NCBI GenBank assembly: GCA_963705505.1 | Contig: CAVPJU010000008.1 | Span: forward strand, 31,407 to 95,406 | DNA from: an uncultured bacterium | GTDB taxonomy: Bacteria > Desulfobacterota_D > UBA1144 > Nemesobacterales > UBA2774 | DNA: 64,000 nucleotides | Direction: 5' to 3' | Shown: in pieces, positions 60,103 to 64,000 of the stretch | How the letters are laid out: each line of letters starts with the position of its first letter | Numbering within the stretch: position 1 is the first letter of the stretch | Made by a program: the position numbers and the translations under genes | Notes under the pieces: generated by a model | Told to the model about the DNA's origin: nothing | Database searches by the model: none | What the model saw: the letters and a program-made list of their open reading frames with translations, nothing else

Positions 60103-61494
60103 TTACGCGGACTTTTTCGAGGCGGCGATCAGTACCGCCACCGCGCAGGACGCGAGCTTGGTGCGCAGCGAATCCGCCCTGCTTGCGAGTACTATCGGGA
60201 CGCGCGCCCCGAGGACTATCCCCGCACCCTCCGCCCTCGCCATGAACGTAAGCTGCTTCGCGAGCATGTTGCCGGCTTCGAGGTCGGGCACTATCATTAT
60301 GTCGGCGTCCCCCGCGACCTCCGACTTGATCCCCTTTATCTCGGCCGCCTCCCTGCTAATCGCGTTGTCGAACGCGAGCGGCCCGTCGAGTATCGCACCC
60401 GTTATCTGCCCCCTCTCGGCCATCTTGCAGAGCGCCGCGGCTTCGAGCGTCGAACGAATCTTCGACGTAACCGTCTCCACGGCCGAGAGTATCGCGACCT
60501 TGGGCGTCTCGACTCCGAGTATGTGCGCGAGCTCAATCGCGTTCTTGCATATATCCACCTTGTCGTCGAGCCCCGGATATATGTTTATAGCGGTGTCTGT
60601 AATTATAAGGGTCTTATGGTAAGTAGGGACGTCCATGATATAAGCGTGGCTCAACCGGCGCTCCGTCCTGAGCCCCGTATCGTGCTTGACGACTTCCGAC
60701 ATCAATTCGTCCGTATGCAGGCTGCCCTTCATGAGGACCGTGCACCCGCCTTCCCGGACGAGCCTCACGGCTTCCGCGGCGGAGGCGTGGCTGTGAGGCG
60801 TGTTGACGATCTTGAGCCCGGATATATCTATGCCGTTTTCCTCCGCCACCTTTTTTATCCTCTCTTCGGGGCCTACGAGCACAGGCTCTATCAGGTCCTC
60901 CTGCCAGGCGGTTACGACTGCCCTGAGCGAAGACTCATCGCAAGGGTGAGCGACCGCGGTAAGAGGGGTTTCGAGCTCGGCGCACTTCTCTATAAAGTGC
61001 TCGTACTTGTTATAGGTCTTTACTATTATCTCGGGGCTCTCCGCGAGGGGAACGGACACCTTCTCCACGGGGGCTATTACAGTTGCGGTACCCGTCATAA
61101 CGGTCTCGCCCTTCTGGTTCCTGCAGAGACAGTCGAAGCTGACGACCTTGGTCTTCGGCTCTTTCCTGTTCGCCCTGATAGTCAGGGTTATCGTATCCCC
61201 GACCTTGAGTGTCTTTAAGTAATCGAGCTTCTGCGATACAAAAACCGCACCCGGCCCGGGGAGCTCGGAACCGAGAAGGGTCGACGCCAGGAGGCCGCTC
61301 CATAGGCTCTGTGCGGCAAGTTTCCCCGAATTATATTTTTTCGCGTAACCCTCATCCAGGTGGATAGGGTCGAGGTCCCCCGTCAAAGCCGCAAATTCCT
61401 CGAGGTCCTCCTTTTTCAGGGTCTTCGAAATACTCGCCGTATCCCCGATTTTTATCTCGTCAAAAGTCCTGTTCTCAAGCTTTTCGCCTGTCAT
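60103..61494 (-). CDS. Bifunctional MaoC-like enoyl-CoA hydratase / phosphate acetyl(butyryl)transferase
   Basis: GDLDPIH..LPGPG hotdog domain; MKGSLHT, DGPLAFDNA, GNMLAK, SRAD. Confidence 0.92.
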   Translation of the reverse strand: MTGEKLENRTFDEIKIGDTASISKTLKKEDLEEFAALTGDLDPIHLDEGYAKKYNSGKLAAQSLWSGLLASTLLGSELPGPGAVFVSQKLDYLKTLKVGDTITLTIRANRKEPKTKVVSFDCLCRNQKGETVMTGTATVIAPVEKVSVPLAESPEIIVKTYNKYEHFIEKCAELETPLTAVAHPCDESSLRAVVTAWQEDLIEPVLVGPEERIKKVAEENGIDISGLKIVNTPHSHASAAEAVRLVREGGCTVLMKGSLHTDELMSEVVKHDTGLRTERRLSHAYIMDVPTYHKTLIITDTAINIYPGLDDKVDICKNAIELAHILGVETPKVAILSAVETVTSKIRSTLEAAALCKMAERGQITGAILDGPLAFDNAISREAAEIKGIKSEVAGDADIMIVPDLEAGNMLAKQLTFMARAEGAGIVLGARVPIVLASRADSLRTKLASCAVAVLIAASKKSA

Positions 61495-61596
61495 TGCCTT
61501 CCTTTCCGCGTATTAATTATAACCCCTGTTTATCCACGGATTATTATGCCCGATTTATATGAACCGGATGTTAAGACGCTGATATGAACAAGAGCG

Positions 61597-62544
61597 CTAA
61601 CTCCTGTGCATATTCTTTTTGTACCACTCGATTGTTTCAACGAGCCCTTCCATTAAGGGCATTTCGGATTCAAAGCCGAACTCCTCCTTTGCCCTTGAGA
61701 CATCGAGATTCCTCCTCTCCTGGCCGTCGGGACGCGTAGTGTCCCATTCGACTTCCCCGTCATAACCGACCAGTTCCCTTATCATATAAACAAGCTCCCC
61801 TATCCTGATTTCCTCTCCCGAGCCCAAATTCACAGGGTCGCCTTTTTCGTATCTCTCGGCGGCCATTACTATCCCGCGCGCAGCGTCCTTTACATAGAGG
61901 AACTCCCTGGAGGGATTTCCAGTGCCCCATGCCGTAACCTTTTTCAAGCCCTTTTCCTTTGCGTCGCAGAATTTAAGAATTAATGCCGGGATGACATGGG
62001 CGTCTTCCGGATCGAAGCGGTCCCCGGGACCGTACAGGTTTACGGGCACCAGATATATCGCGTTAAAACCGTACTGTTTCCTGTAGGACTGCGCCTGAAC
62101 AAGGAGAGCTCTCTTGGCCACGCCGTAAGGGGCATTCGTCTCCTCGGGATACCCGTCCCATAAATTCTCTTCCTTAAAGGGCACGGGCGAGAACTTCGGA
62201 TACGAACAGACCGTCCCGACGGCGACAAACTTTTCCACCCCCTTTTGTCTCGCCGCTTCCATAAGTTGTATCCCCATAACGGCGTTATCGTAAAAGAGCT
62301 CACCGGGGAACTTCAAATTAAAGCCTATCCCCCCCACCCTCGCCGCGAGATGAATAACTATGTCCGCATCGTCCACGGCTTTCAGACAATTCTCCCACTT
62401 CCTGAGATCGAGGTCCCGGCTCCGGGGGATTCTTACGTTCTCTCTATTCACCCCTCTCGCAGCAAGCTCCCCAGCGACGAAAGTGCCGAGAAACCCGCTG
62501 CCGCCGGTCAGGAGTATTTTTTTCGAACTGAAATCCTTAACCAT
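61597..62544 (-). CDS. fcl: GDP-L-fucose synthase
   Basis: GGSGFLG, AARVGGI, YGVAK, NLYGP, HVIPAL, REFLYV. Confidence 0.95.
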   Translation of the reverse strand: MVKDFSSKKILLTGGSGFLGTFVAGELAARGVNRENVRIPRSRDLDLRKWENCLKAVDDADIVIHLAARVGGIGFNLKFPGELFYDNAVMGIQLMEAARQKGVEKFVAVGTVCSYPKFSPVPFKEENLWDGYPEETNAPYGVAKRALLVQAQSYRKQYGFNAIYLVPVNLYGPGDRFDPEDAHVIPALILKFCDAKEKGLKKVTAWGTGNPSREFLYVKDAARGIVMAAERYEKGDPVNLGSGEEIRIGELVYMIRELVGYDGEVEWDTTRPDGQERRNLDVSRAKEEFGFESEMPLMEGLVETIEWYKKNMHRS

Positions 62545-62608
62545 GTCCTCAAGCCACCGTTCATGTTATATGTGAAGAGATTAACACGCATCCGCCCGGC
62601 TGCTGTTA

Positions 62609-63652
62609 TTAATCTTTCTTCCACCATCTGTTCGGGAATTTTTCTTTCAGTATCCTGTCCCCTTCACCCACAGGCTCAAGACCCATGCTCCTCATATCCG
62701 CGTCGACCATTATCCGTACTAGGTCCCCGAACCTGATTCGCGCATCCCAGCCCAGGATATCCTTTGCCCTGGCGCAATCCGCTCTCAGACTATGGACCTC
62801 GGTAGGCCTGAAATAGTTCGGATCGGTCTTGACGTACTTCTTCCAATCAAGACCGGCGTATGAGAAAGCCTCTTCGACGAGCTCCTTAACCGAATGTGTC
62901 TCGCCTGTCCCGATCACCAAATCCCGCGGGCTCTCTTGCTGAAGCATCTTCCACATCATCCCGACATACTCCGGCGCATACCCCCAATCGCGTGTCGGCT
63001 CCATATCCCCCAGGAATATAGAGTCCTGCTTGCCTGACAGTATGTTCGATACCGCCTTCGTTATTTTTCTCGTTACGAATGTCTCTCCCCGTCTCGGGGA
63101 TTCATGATTAAAAAGTATCCCGTTAACAGCGTAGAGACCGTACCCGTCCCTGTAGTTCACTACCGTCCAGTGAGCGAGCAGCTTCCCGCACGCGTAAGGG
63201 CTCCTCGGTCGGAAGTCCGTCGATTCGTTCTGCGGCGGAGGCGAAGCGCCGAACATCTCACTGCTCGACGCGAGGAAAAACCGGCACTTAATGCCGCTCC
63301 TCCTGACAGATTCGAGGATCCTTACCGCGCCGAGCCCCGTAATGTCACCGGTGTACTCGGGCATATCGAAACTCACCCTCACATGGCTCTGGGCGGCCAG
63401 GTGGTATATCTCGTCGGGCCGAATTTCGTATATCAGGTTCGTCAGGTTGCCGGAATCGCTCAAGTCCCCGTAGTGGAGATAGAGCCTGGCGTTAGGCTCG
63501 TGCGGATCGACGTATATGTGATCGATCCTCTCCGTATTGAAGCTGCTCGACCTTCTTATCAGACCGTGGGTTTCGTACCCTTTGGACAATAAGAATTCCG
63601 CAAGGTATGACCCGTCCTGTCCCGTTATTCCCGTTATAAGAGCCTTTTTCAT
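62609..63652 (-). CDS. gmd: GDP-mannose 4,6-dehydratase
   Basis: [31 protein letters not shown]. Confidence 0.98.
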   Translation of the reverse strand: MKKALITGITGQDGSYLAEFLLSKGYETHGLIRRSSSFNTERIDHIYVDPHEPNARLYLHYGDLSDSGNLTNLIYEIRPDEIYHLAAQSHVRVSFDMPEYTGDITGLGAVRILESVRRSGIKCRFFLASSSEMFGASPPPQNESTDFRPRSPYACGKLLAHWTVVNYRDGYGLYAVNGILFNHESPRRGETFVTRKITKAVSNILSGKQDSIFLGDMEPTRDWGYAPEYVGMMWKMLQQESPRDLVIGTGETHSVKELVEEAFSYAGLDWKKYVKTDPNYFRPTEVHSLRADCARAKDILGWDARIRFGDLVRIMVDADMRSMGLEPVGEGDRILKEKFPNRWWKKD

Positions 63653-63883
63653 TATTAACCCCGGCAGGTCCTGATATCGAGCATGTATTCCCGGCTTAAG
63701 ACATCAGCCGAAACCGATGTCTTAATTGCCGCCGGCTGCGAAAAGTATCATATTACAATATAAGAAGGAACCAGCAGCCTCTCCTTCGAATTACGTCTCA
63801 TTGCCGCACTTAAAGTGTATATCAAAATCTACGGAAGCCCGAAATTATTTGTGATCAAGCTGACCGTTCAGCCCGATGAGGAC

Positions 63884-64000
63884 TCAGACTATAATTTCTT
63901 TCGCGTATAAGCTTGCATAGTGAGAGAACCAGGAGCCGGGAGGGAACCTCACCAGTATCTCGCTTTTCGCCAGTAAAAACATCTCGATTAAAGTGGCTGC
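63884..64000 (-). CDS. C-terminal fragment of a probable fucosyltransferase (GT11/GT23/NodZ-like)
   Basis: AATLIEMFLLAKSEILVRFPPGSWFSHYASL* resembles fucosyltransferase C-terminal motif III; upstream of gmd-fcl. Confidence 0.45.
   Translation of the reverse strand, partial: AATLIEMFLLAKSEILVRFPPGSWFSHYASLYAKEIIV

Overview
Bacterial chromosomal window with GC-rich coding regions and AT-rich intergenic gaps. The gene content and order (nnr-tsaE-lysC-cimA, pgpA-cinA-recA-pilT, pgk-tpiA-secG) look like a deltaproteobacteria-related lineage, possibly Ca. Dadabacteria; this is inference only. It holds about 65 mostly housekeeping CDS, and I saw no rRNA, tRNA, CRISPR array or transposase. The main unexplained structure is intergenic: at least nine 'REP mosaics' built from several palindromic repeat families, some nested inside each other. 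The GTCA-tagged family has co-varying stems and also sits directly beside an AT-rich solo GIY-YIG nuclease gene that interrupts pgpA-cinA, which suggests a nuclease/REP mobile system. Other notable items are a tandem duplication of promoter plus small Zn-finger gene diverging from a radical SAM gene, a PGK missing most of its active-site basic residues, a thaumatin-like lipoprotein preceded by three 17-bp direct repeats, and a GNAT-PLP fusion. Regulatory sites read from the DNA include a SigK-type promoter motif upstream of three genes, a sigma54 promoter and a TetR operator. Several genes are frameshifted or chimeric, and some of these lesions may be assembly errors.
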